Positions 1-9,400 of a stretch of 12,788 bases of DNA are shown in pieces. The stretch is from an uncultured archaeon (GTDB taxonomy: Archaea; Asgardarchaeota; Lokiarchaeia; Sigyniarchaeales; SOKP01). Numbering within the stretch: position 1 is the first letter of the stretch; each line of letters opens with the position of its first letter. The stretch is taken from positions 1-12,788 of the forward strand of contig CAYUTF010000089.1 of assembly GCA_964447495.1 (NCBI GenBank), in the 5' to 3' direction. Both the position numbers and the translations under genes were made by a program. A model generated the notes under the pieces. It did no database searches. It saw nothing but the letters and a program-made list of their open reading frames with translations, and was not told the origin of the DNA.

Positions 1-4
1 TTAA

Positions 5-967
5 TCAAATAAATAGATTTATCGGAAAGTAGAGAATAGCTGATAGGATAGCTGCGACAGGAAATGTTAATAACCATATTAGTACAATTTTCCATAAGCC
101 TCTGCTCATCGGGGCTCTTCTTGCTTTCGACAAACCAACTAAGGATGCCACTAACATATGAGATCCTGATAAAGGAATACCTAATATTGTTCCAAAAAAT
201 AAAATAACAGCCGTTGGAATCTCGCTGGCAAAAGCTGTACTAGGATGTAATTCCGTAATCGTCCCAACATTTTTAATTACTCCTCTGCCAATAACTACAA
301 TCCCACTGGCTAAACTAATACCTGCAATTAATAATATAAAATTGAGGTCGAGCTCTAAACCAGAAACAATGCCGACGGCATTTGAACAGTCATTTCCTGC
401 CCGAGAAAAAGCCGTCCAGCATATAACAATCAATAAAATATATGAGAAGATACGTTCAGCTCGTTCATAATTTCTAAATCCTGATAATTTATTGATTACT
501 GACGTATGGATAAATTTATACGCATAATAGGTTACAATATAACCTATTATAGGCGACAATAACCACCATAAAGCCATTTCTAAAATAGTGAGCCAATTAA
601 CACCGCCTCCACCTCCTAACAATAATCCAACTCCTATTATTGAACCAATGGTAGCATGGGTTGTACTAATAGGAAGGCCTAAAAGGGATGATAATATTAG
701 CCAAATGGCAGTAGATATTAATATTGTCAATACGACAGGGTTGCTTACTTCAAAAAACAAGAGGTCCTTGCCCACAGTTTCACTTACTGATCCTCCAAGC
801 AGAAATGCTCCTAAAATCGCAAAAATAATAGCTAAGATTAAGATTTCTTTCATTTTAAGCGTTTTTGAACCATATATCGTAGCCATAGTTTCGTCATTAG
901 CACCGATAGAGAAGGAAATTAATACAGAAATAATAATGAAAATAATCACTAAAGTTGATAAACCCAT
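5..967 (-). CDS. pit: PiT family inorganic phosphate transporter
   Basis: 320 aa, highly hydrophobic. Two PiT signature repeats (GANDET; AGNDCSNA) plus GLPISTTHATIGSIIGVG and GIPLSGSH. SD-like AAGGAG just upstream of the ATG. Lies downstream of a DUF47 gene, as is typical. Confidence 0.92.
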   Translation of the reverse strand: MGLSTLVIIFIIISVLISFSIGANDETMATIYGSKTLKMKEILILAIIFAILGAFLLGGSVSETVGKDLLFFEVSNPVVLTILISTAIWLILSSLLGLPISTTHATIGSIIGVGLLLGGGGGVNWLTILEMALWWLLSPIIGYIVTYYAYKFIHTSVINKLSGFRNYERAERIFSYILLIVICWTAFSRAGNDCSNAVGIVSGLELDLNFILLIAGISLASGIVVIGRGVIKNVGTITELHPSTAFASEIPTAVILFFGTILGIPLSGSHMLVASLVGLSKARRAPMSRGLWKIVLIWLLTFPVAAILSAILYFPINLFI

Positions 968-987
968 TTTACTTCTCCTTTATTCTT

Positions 988-1632
988 TTAACGGCTTGGA
1001 TACTTAATTATCAAACCTCTCAAAAAATCTGAAACGTCTTCAGCCCAGGAAGCCACTTCATAAATATAGGTAACTAACTTTGAAGTCAGATAAACCCTTG
1101 TAGGTTCCTCTTTTTTCTTAAAAACAGTTTCTAATAAATCAAACTTTGCCTTTCGTGCTTTTCTTCTTACTTCTTCGACATCGAATGTTTTTTTATATGC
1201 ACTATCAAAATCAGCTTCAACCAATGTAGCACAATTTATTAGTATTTCAACGGTTTCCATACAATACCCACATAGAGATTTAAAGTCATCCTTTATATCA
1301 TCATATAACTCAAAGGGATATACTTGCAAAAATCGTGCAAAAAATTCCGTCATATCATTAATTTGATCAATTTTCATCATTATAGCATATCTATCTTCTA
1401 CTAAAAATGGTAGAGCACGTTTTTCTTTAAAAAGTATTTGCGTAAACTTTTCTTTTAAACGATCACATTTTTGTTCAGATTGAATGACTTGCTCTAAATC
1501 GGCTTTCTTTAGTTTTTTGTTAACAAATTGCATAACACAATCATGTAAAATTTTGGTTCCATTGAGAGTTGTGGCTAAATGTTCTTCTTGAATCTCAATT
1601 AACTCATTTTTCTTTGTTTTTAATAATTTCAT
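988..1632 (-). CDS. DUF47 (TIGR00153/PhoU-like) phosphate transport regulator
   Basis: About 214 aa, helical, with EQKCDRLK, LPFLVEDR and WAEDVSD motifs typical of DUF47. Ends 20 bp upstream of pit. ATG at 1632 preferred; GTG at 1641 is the alternative. Confidence 0.85.
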   Translation of the reverse strand: MKLLKTKKNELIEIQEEHLATTLNGTKILHDCVMQFVNKKLKKADLEQVIQSEQKCDRLKEKFTQILFKEKRALPFLVEDRYAIMMKIDQINDMTEFFARFLQVYPFELYDDIKDDFKSLCGYCMETVEILINCATLVEADFDSAYKKTFDVEEVRRKARKAKFDLLETVFKKKEEPTRVYLTSKLVTYIYEVASWAEDVSDFLRGLIIKYPSR

Positions 1633-1639
1633 AATATTC

Positions 1640-1688
1640 ACTAAAAATTAAGGAATTTCTACTAAAAATTGTATAAATACTATTTATA
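1640..1688 (-). promoter_or_regulatory. Putative promoter/operator of the DUF47-pit operon
   Basis: Perfect palindrome TATAAATA-C-TATTTATA (1672-1688) overlapping TATA-like boxes. Direct repeat ACTAAAAATT at 1640-1649 and 1661-1670. Confidence 0.45.
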
Positions 1689-1787
1689 ATCTATTAATTT
1701 CTGGTACAATAAAAAAGATTTCGGTTTTTTTTCCGTGATTATATATAAAAAGAAACTAAGGAATAAAACCAATGAAAATGAAATAAA

Positions 1788-3128
<1,341 letters not shown>

Positions 3129-3145
3129 TTATTCATTATCTAGTG

Positions 3146-3170
3146 AAAAAAGGGCTTTTTACCTAAACCC
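3146..3170 (-). terminator. Hairpin plus U-tract upstream of purA (possible attenuator or operator)
   Basis: The minus strand reads GGGTTT-AGGTAAA-AAGCCC-TTTTTT: a 6-bp stem with one G-U pair followed by T6, about 30 nt before the purA start. Confidence 0.3.
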
Positions 3171-3258
3171 ATATTCTATATATGTTCCAAAATGGATTAT
3201 TCTTTAAAATTTAAAAAGTTTATAGTTAAAAATTTCGGATATAGAATCATTTTTATAG

Positions 3259-4224
3259 ATGAATTATCTTGAGATTTATAGTAATATGCTTGAAAGAACT
3301 ATTCTTTTCGATTTATCTCATAATGAAATGCTTAACATTTATGAGGACGATTTTTCTGACTTTTTATTTCTTCTTGAACAGGCAAATTTACTCATAAAAG
3401 TAAATGAGAATCAAGAATTAACATCGAAAGTATTACAGAATATTGATATTTTAGTAATTGGCAATCCTATTGATGATTATTTCTCCAATATTGAAATAAA
3501 AACTATTTGTGATTTTGTAAGAGTTGGAGGTAATCTACTCTTAGTAAGCGAATATGGAGCTGATTATCTTCAAAAAACAAATCTTAATGATTTTTCTGGA
3601 ATGCATTTTGGTATTTTTTTTGAAAAAAATCTTATAAAAGAATTAAATCATATAAATCAAAATCGATCAAGTATAGTTCATATTAAGAAGTTCCAAAATC
3701 ATGAGATAACGAAAGGATTAAGAGAAATCATTATTGGAGGTGCGTGTTCTCTTTTCCTTAATAAAAAAGCAAAACCACTATTTCTTACCGATGATGTTGA
3801 TGTTTGGTCTGAGATATATAACAACATGACTGGAAAGTGGATAAAGGATAAGGAACAAGGTCAAATAATTGCCGCTTTTAACGAGTTTGGAAAAGGAAAA
3901 GTAGTTGCTATTGGTGATATTGATATCTTTACAAATGATAAAAATATAGGAATTAATTCCTTAGATAATCAAAATTTTGTCCGTAATTTAATTAATTGGT
4001 TAACGGAACCAGTAAAAGAATCCAATGTAACAGCATTTTTATTAAATCAACTAGGAGAAACACAGAATGATGTAAGAGAACTTGTTAAAACTATGAATAA
4101 TGTTATAGAAACCTTAACCATATTAGAAAAACGATTAACTTTTTTAGAAGAAAAATCCAATATTTCGCATGTCGAGAAAAAAGACGAACAACGGTTACCG
4201 ACCGAAACAATAGAAGAAGAATAA
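3259..4224 (+). CDS. GldG/IFT52-type (GIFT, DUF4350-like) class I glutamine amidotransferase-like domain protein with C-terminal coiled coil
   Basis: Motif series ILFDLSHNE, DILVIGNP, E.KTICDFVRVGGNLLLVSE, TNLN, HEITKG and GKGKVVAIGDIDIFTN...DNQNFVRNLINWL is typical of this domain. Heptad-like tail (aa ~262-300). No signal peptide or TM segment. The start may be the ATG at 3286. TATA-like TTTATAG at 3219-3225. Confidence 0.7.
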   Translation: MNYLEIYSNMLERTILFDLSHNEMLNIYEDDFSDFLFLLEQANLLIKVNENQELTSKVLQNIDILVIGNPIDDYFSNIEIKTICDFVRVGGNLLLVSEYGADYLQKTNLNDFSGMHFGIFFEKNLIKELNHINQNRSSIVHIKKFQNHEITKGLREIIIGGACSLFLNKKAKPLFLTDDVDVWSEIYNNMTGKWIKDKEQGQIIAAFNEFGKGKVVAIGDIDIFTNDKNIGINSLDNQNFVRNLINWLTEPVKESNVTAFLLNQLGETQNDVRELVKTMNNVIETLTILEKRLTFLEEKSNISHVEKKDEQRLPTETIEEE

Positions 4225-4354
4225 CTTTGTCTCATTCTTCTTAATTCTTATCTTTACTTCATCACCTAAACCTATTTATGTATGGTTTAATTACTTTCAA
4301 CTAATTTTATTCTATTTTAAATAAAATTTATGGTTAAAAACAAAGGGATGTTAA

Positions 4355-5737
4355 ATGAATGAAACATCATATGATGAGATTTTTTCTCTTTTTAATGAAA
4401 TCACAAATAGTTATTCTCGTAACGATCAATACTTCGACATTCTCTATGATTCAAGTTCGTCAACGACTATAAGAAAAACCCCCTCTTCCGAAGATATTAC
4501 CATAAACACCAAAATATCTGGGATTGTAGCACGTACATTTACCGGGATTTGGGAAGAGGTAGCAGTCGATGAGAGCGGTGATATTGGGATGATTAAGAAA
4601 AGAATTTCAAAAGTAAAAAATAAAGGTGAAAAAATCGCAGAATTTGAAAGTTGGAAATTAAATAAAGAACTTAAACCCAAAATTAATCCGTTAACTATTC
4701 CTATTGAAGAGAAAGTAAAAAGAATTCGAGAAATCTTTGATTACGTTATGAAGTATGATAAAAGAATAATTCAAGCACAAGTAATCTATTTAGAAACCTT
4801 TACTGAGCGTATTTTTGTTAATAATGAAGGATGCCAATTACGACAAGTAATTCCGAGAGTAAGAATTGGAATTATACCAATAGCAAAGGAAGAAAACGTA
4901 GTTGATTATGATTATTTCATAAAATCAGGAGAGATGGGATATGAAATTATGGATTTAGTAGACAATCAAGCAATAGATGGTGCGATTAATAACTCACTTG
5001 ATATGTTGAAAGCAGAACTTCCGCCTTCAGGAAAGCATACGATTATCTTAGATCCTTCAATGGCAGGAATGATAGCCCATGAAAGTTTTGGACACGGTTT
5101 GGAAGCCGATCAAATTTTAAGAGATCGAAGTTATCTTAAACAACACTTAAACACGCAAGTCGCATCCGATATCTGTACCATATATGATACTCCGTCCTAT
5201 TTAAATGAGTTCGGTTCTTACTATTTTGATGATGAGGGAATACGAGCAGGAAATAATATATTAGTCGAAAAGGGAATTTTAAAGAATTTTATCTATGATA
5301 GACGATCTGCCTCTGTATTAAAAGCAAAACCCCAAGGTAATGGGAGAAGAGAAAGTTTTGCCCATCCAGTAAATCCCAGGATGACAAACACTTACTTTGG
5401 TCCCGGCGACTATAGCCTAGACGAAATGATCTCGGAAATACGAAATGGGGTAATGCTTGTGCACGGGAGCTTCGGTATGGAGGACCCGCTCGGGGGCGGT
5501 ATGCAATGTAGTTGCAAGAAGGCTTTTCTCATCCAGAATGGGGAGCGAGCAAAATTATTGAAAGCAACAGCTCTAAGTGGTGCTGTACTTGATCTATTAA
5601 AAAATATTGATGCGGTGAGCAACGACCCCATTCACCTTGATGCAGGGATCTGTGGGAAGGGATCTGAGGATCTCGTGCCGGTGACGGACGGAGGGGTATA
5701 TGTTAGAGCAAAAAATGCATTAATTAGTCCGGGGTGA
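4355..5737 (+). CDS. tldD: TldD family metalloprotease (catalytic subunit)
   Basis: HESFGHGLEAD (HExxxH), FDDEG, GNGRRES, PRMTNTY and the C-terminal CGKG metal-ligand Cys. Confidence 0.95.
   Translation: MNETSYDEIFSLFNEITNSYSRNDQYFDILYDSSSSTTIRKTPSSEDITINTKISGIVARTFTGIWEEVAVDESGDIGMIKKRISKVKNKGEKIAEFESWKLNKELKPKINPLTIPIEEKVKRIREIFDYVMKYDKRIIQAQVIYLETFTERIFVNNEGCQLRQVIPRVRIGIIPIAKEENVVDYDYFIKSGEMGYEIMDLVDNQAIDGAINNSLDMLKAELPPSGKHTIILDPSMAGMIAHESFGHGLEADQILRDRSYLKQHLNTQVASDICTIYDTPSYLNEFGSYYFDDEGIRAGNNILVEKGILKNFIYDRRSASVLKAKPQGNGRRESFAHPVNPRMTNTYFGPGDYSLDEMISEIRNGVMLVHGSFGMEDPLGGGMQCSCKKAFLIQNGERAKLLKATALSGAVLDLLKNIDAVSNDPIHLDAGICGKGSEDLVPVTDGGVYVRAKNALISPG
5731..5737 (+). promoter_or_regulatory. 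Archaeal Shine-Dalgarno (GGGGTGA) overlapping the tldD stop, serving pmbA
   Basis: GGGGTGA ends 7 nt before the pmbA ATG at 5745. Confidence 0.55.
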
Positions 5738-5744
5738 TTATAAA

Positions 5745-7073
5745 ATGACAAAGAAAAAATTAGATATAATTGAAAATGCGCTGAAATCACAAAAGATAGA
5801 AGAGTACGAGATATTTCTTATTCAGAGATATATTTATGAAACCATGCTTCTCAAAAATAAGCGAGATCTTGAAAGGGAAATAAGTGACTTTGCCTATTTT
5901 ATCCGAATTCTTTCTCAACGTCAAGACAGTACGGGAGTGGGAGTTATAAAAGGAAATTCTCTTGATCCAAGCCAACTCGAAAGAAATATTGCTCAATGTG
6001 TCGGGTTATCAAAAGTAAACACTGGTCCTAAGTATCATCTACCTGAGAAAAAGGCCTGCACTACTATTCGGATAGCTGAGGATAAACTACTTAAGGACCC
6101 TCTAGGAGTGAAAAATGATTTAGTTGATGAATTAATTTCGAATTGTGCCAGTCAAAAAGAAGTTGAGGCGCCTTTTGGAAGATTTAGAACTCATACTCAC
6201 AATAGCTATCTACGGAACAGTAACAATATTGATGTAAATTCGGTAAAAACGTTTTACTTTATAGAATTATCTTTAAAAGCTCAATTGAATAGTTCATTAT
6301 CTGAATTCTGGGATGTAGGTTATTATAAAAACAGGGATCATTTAAAATTTGATGAGAGGATACAAGAATGGGCAAAATTGGCCCGTGATACCCTAAAAGC
6401 AAAAGTACCTGAATCAAATAAGGAAGCTATTATAATCTTTCCGCCACGTGTTTTAAAGGAAGCTATTAATCCCGTAGTCGGACTACATTCATTAGCAAGA
6501 GCTCATTATGAAAAGTTATCAAGGCTTGATGTGGACGCAAAAGTAGCAAGTGATCACTTTACTCTCGATGATAATGGCTTACTTGAAGGAGGTCTAAGTT
6601 CAAATCCATGGGATGCAGAAGGAGTTCCACACCAAAAAACAAAGGTAATAGAGAATGGAATCTTCAAAAATCATCTATATGATCATAAATATGCGTTATT
6701 AGAGGACACCAATTCAACAGGAAATGCAAAAAGGGGGGATAATGGCTCCGTGGCAAATGGAATTAGTAATTTTATCATTAAAGAAGGGGATATCTCACTA
6801 AAAGAAATGATTTCCGAAATAAAAGAAGGTTATTATATCCAAAAGTTTTCCTGGTTAAATCCTGATATAATTTCAGGCTATTTTGGGGCGGAAATACGCA
6901 ATGGATATTATATAAAAGACGGTGAATTCAAATATCCTATTAAACTTGGAAATGTAAGCGGAAATGTATTGGAGATGATAAAAAATTGCGTGCATATATC
7001 TAAAGAACGTGAATACAATGAAGATTCCTATTTTCCCTACATTACTTTTAAGAATTTGAATGTATCGTCGTAA
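5745..7073 (+). CDS. pmbA: PmbA/TldE family protein (non-catalytic partner of TldD)
   Basis: PWDAEG, VIENG, STGNA.R and SG.F motifs, with no HExxxH. Starts 7 bp after tldD. Confidence 0.9.
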   Translation: MTKKKLDIIENALKSQKIEEYEIFLIQRYIYETMLLKNKRDLEREISDFAYFIRILSQRQDSTGVGVIKGNSLDPSQLERNIAQCVGLSKVNTGPKYHLPEKKACTTIRIAEDKLLKDPLGVKNDLVDELISNCASQKEVEAPFGRFRTHTHNSYLRNSNNIDVNSVKTFYFIELSLKAQLNSSLSEFWDVGYYKNRDHLKFDERIQEWAKLARDTLKAKVPESNKEAIIIFPPRVLKEAINPVVGLHSLARAHYEKLSRLDVDAKVASDHFTLDDNGLLEGGLSSNPWDAEGVPHQKTKVIENGIFKNHLYDHKYALLEDTNSTGNAKRGDNGSVANGISNFIIKEGDISLKEMISEIKEGYYIQKFSWLNPDIISGYFGAEIRNGYYIKDGEFKYPIKLGNVSGNVLEMIKNCVHISKEREYNEDSYFPYITFKNLNVSS

Positions 7074-7127
7074 TTCTTTTTAATTTATTTTTTTATTTTA
7101 TTATTTTGAATAGAGAGTAATTTTTTA
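7074..7127 (+). terminator. T-rich archaeal-type terminator region between convergent pmbA and DUF362 genes
   Basis: Multiple oligo-T runs immediately after the pmbA stop. Confidence 0.5.
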
Positions 7128-7135
7128 GTCTACTT

Positions 7136-8389
7136 CTAATGATCATGATCATTTTTTTTATTCACTTTTCCTTTTATTATGTTATATGATCTTGTTCCTA
7201 GACCTAATTCTTCAGCAGTTTCTAATTGAAGCTCCCAATGTTTTGAAGGGATACCTTCTTTATTAATATCTAGCTCACCTGATTTTGGATCAAAACGAGG
7301 AATATACGAAAACCAGTCTGATTTAGTTTGCATTGAAGAAAATTTATCAATATCGGCTAAGGCGGAGTGCGGGTTAATATATGAGTCATGTACGAGGTCA
7401 ATGCATGCCTGGTCCAAAGCAACAGGATCTAATGATGAGAGGACGCCTATATCTGGAACGAAGGGGACATCCGATGAACCACAATCACATTGCCACGTAA
7501 TATCTATAGCATAGTTGATGTAAAATATCTTATCTTTTCCAAAGTAATCCACAACACCCTTTGCATTATCTACCATTTGCATAATAAACTGCTCCCGAGT
7601 GGATGATCCGGTATCAATAACCTTCTTATCACATACAGATCTGCACATATAACAGTATCGACATTTATCCCAATCCTTTTTCAATATAAGGTCATTATCT
7701 TTAGACATAGCCCCCGTTGGACATACATCGATGCATTTGGTACATTCTGGTTCACATTTACTGAAGTCAAGCTCGAACTTCTTCCCCATGTGAGCTTGGA
7801 CCTTCCCTCCTTTAGTTACGCAACCGATTCCAAGGTTTTTAATGGCGCCACCAAATCCCGCATTCGAATGGCCCTTAAAATGAGTAGCCATGATCATATG
7901 ATCAAATTCTCTTAATCGTCCTGCCACTAAAACTTCTTTGAATCGCTTTCCAGTAATACTTTGAAGCTCGTAATCAATCCCATGAGGTCCGTCTAACATT
8001 AATATTGGAGCTCCCATCGTTTCATGTGTAAAGCCATGCATTAAAGCTGCTGCCAAATATTCCTTCTCGTTCGCCCGCCCGCTATATTCTGAATGAGATC
8101 CTGAGATCGATTCCGGTAAACCCCAGCCACAGGACTCCGCAACGTAAGGGTTCGCGCCATATTCTTTGACAGCGTCACATAAAAATCTCAAATAACTTGG
8201 TCTTAAATATCTTGTATTCTCAAGCGCTCCAAAATGAGTTTTTATAATAACTTTTTCCCCCTTCTTTACTTTTTCTTTAAAACCTAGCTTTTGTAAAGCA
8301 AGTGGACCTTTTATTTTGCTCATACTCTCTTCATAAGTGCGTGATCTTGCGGTAAAATAAAACACATCTGCTTTCAATCTATATTTCAC
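7136..8389 (-). CDS. DUF362 family Fe-S protein with inserted 2x[4Fe-4S] ferredoxin domain
   Basis: IKTHFG, THFKGH..AGFGGAIKNLGIGC, CDC and S.DPVALDQAC motifs. Ferredoxin motifs CEPECTKCIDVCP and CRYCYMCRSVC. GTG start. Confidence 0.9.
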   Translation of the reverse strand: MKYRLKADVFYFTARSRTYEESMSKIKGPLALQKLGFKEKVKKGEKVIIKTHFGALENTRYLRPSYLRFLCDAVKEYGANPYVAESCGWGLPESISGSHSEYSGRANEKEYLAAALMHGFTHETMGAPILMLDGPHGIDYELQSITGKRFKEVLVAGRLREFDHMIMATHFKGHSNAGFGGAIKNLGIGCVTKGGKVQAHMGKKFELDFSKCEPECTKCIDVCPTGAMSKDNDLILKKDWDKCRYCYMCRSVCDKKVIDTGSSTREQFIMQMVDNAKGVVDYFGKDKIFYINYAIDITWQCDCGSSDVPFVPDIGVLSSLDPVALDQACIDLVHDSYINPHSALADIDKFSSMQTKSDWFSYIPRFDPKSGELDINKEGIPSKHWELQLETAEELGLGTRSYNIIKGKVNKKNDHDH

Positions 8390-8489
8390 TTAGTATGCTT
8401 ATTTATTTTATATTAAAAATAATTCATTAATATTAAAGTTAAATATTGAAAAAATTAAGTGTAAATTGTAAATTGGTTATTCTTCAAAT

Positions 8490-9026
8490 TTATTGAGTAG
8501 CAAGGTCTAGCATTTTTTGTCCAATTAAATGGAATACTTCTTCAACATTCTCGCCTGTTTTTGAGGAACATTCAATGAAGTCGAATGTATTGAACTTTTT
8601 TCCATACTCTTGAGCATATTCTTTTTCTATTACTCTTTTACCTATATTTTCAAGATCAGACTTACCACCCACTATTAGGATTGGTAGATAATCTTTCTGA
8701 TAATCCGGAGCTTTACTTAATACATTTATCCAATCTTCAAAATGTAGCAAACTACTAAATCGTGATATATCAAACATAAAAATACCCCCTGATGCTCCTA
8801 TTACATAATTTGGCAATAGATTTTTAAATTGATTTTCACCAGCAAAATCCCAAATCTGCAAACTAATAGTTGCATCTTCAATTTGTATGTGTTTGGTATA
8901 GAAATCAACTCCAATAGTCATCTGAAAGTCCTCATTATACTTACCTGAGATATATCGATTTATTAAGGTTGTTTTTCCTACACCTCCATCACCAAATAGG
9001 CACATTTTAAACTTAAAGGTTCTCAT
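8490..9026 (-). CDS. Rab-like small GTPase (Ras superfamily; Asgard eukaryotic signature protein)
   Basis: G1 GDGGVGKT, G2/RabF1 TIGVDF, G3 LQIWDFAGE, G4 variant GKSD and G5 CSSK. No C-terminal Cys prenylation motif. Confidence 0.95.
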   Translation of the reverse strand: MRTFKFKMCLFGDGGVGKTTLINRYISGKYNEDFQMTIGVDFYTKHIQIEDATISLQIWDFAGENQFKNLLPNYVIGASGGIFMFDISRFSSLLHFEDWINVLSKAPDYQKDYLPILIVGGKSDLENIGKRVIEKEYAQEYGKKFNTFDFIECSSKTGENVEEVFHLIGQKMLDLATQ

Positions 9027-9400
9027 TTTACATAACCATTTTGATTTTTTTCAAGAACTGTTTTTTTCTTCTTAAATATTTCTAATTGTTTATTCAATTT
9101 CAAATTTTCAATTCTTAACCTTTCAACTTCTTTCATTAAAGTATCTGTTATTGATATTACCTGATCCTTTGAAAAGAGGTCATCATCAGTTAATTCTTGG
9201 ACATCCACGCCTCTTATCTCTAAATCCTTGTCAATATACAACGTTGTTAATATATTTTTTAACTCTCCATGAAGAAATGAATGCGAAAAAGGAAATTTCT
9301 GTCTGTTTTCCAATAAATTCTTGCTTAATTTAATGTCATGATTATTTTTACATACTTCACAAAAATAATTTCTAATAAGATAATCCATTTCCTTTTTCAT
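9023..9400 (-). CDS. Hypothetical protein with N-terminal CxxC-x3-H motif and C-terminal coiled coil, coupled to the GTPase
   Basis: CEVCKNNH, FPFSHSFLHG, LYIDKDLEIRG, then LMKEVERLRIENLKLNKQLE. The stop overlaps the GTPase start (ATGA, 9023-9026). ATG at 9400 is preferred over the ORF-track start at 9445. Confidence 0.8.
   Translation of the reverse strand: MKKEMDYLIRNYFCEVCKNNHDIKLSKNLLENRQKFPFSHSFLHGELKNILTTLYIDKDLEIRGVDVQELTDDDLFSKDQVISITDTLMKEVERLRIENLKLNKQLEIFKKKKTVLEKNQNGYVK

Noticed and set aside
588-1007. 139-aa + strand ORF with PPPPPNNN
   Set aside because: Antisense shadow of pit; the poly-Pro mirrors the GGGGG/LLL codons.
3158-3184. Purine-riboswitch-like words (AATATGG, GTTT, GTAAA) in the purA leader
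   Set aside because: The P2/P3 stems and the UUUCUAC junction are absent, and the spacing is far too short for the aptamer.
3141-3196. Mini-ORB-like sequences (TTCCAAAATGGA; AGTGAAAAAAGGG)
   Set aside because: Degenerate, located in a short promoter spacer more than 8 kb from cdc6, and not repeated.
4047-5996. Short minus-strand ORFs (4047-4235, 4444-4680, 5410-5631, 5787-5996)
   Set aside because: Antisense to well-supported genes and lacking motifs.
6420-6468. 13-bp direct repeat AAGGAAGCTATTA within pmbA
   Set aside because: Encodes KEAI twice in frame; only two copies and no sign of an array or insertion.
4355-7073. RiPP/microcin biosynthetic cluster around tldD/E
   Set aside because: No YcaO, radical SAM enzyme, exporter or precursor-like peptide in the window.
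3259-9026. Proto-IFT operon idea (IFT52-like gene plus non-prenylated Rab-like GTPase reminiscent of IFT22/IFT27)
   Set aside because: The genes are over 4 kb apart on opposite strands with unrelated genes between them. Small GTPases are numerous in Asgard genomes, so proximity is weak evidence.
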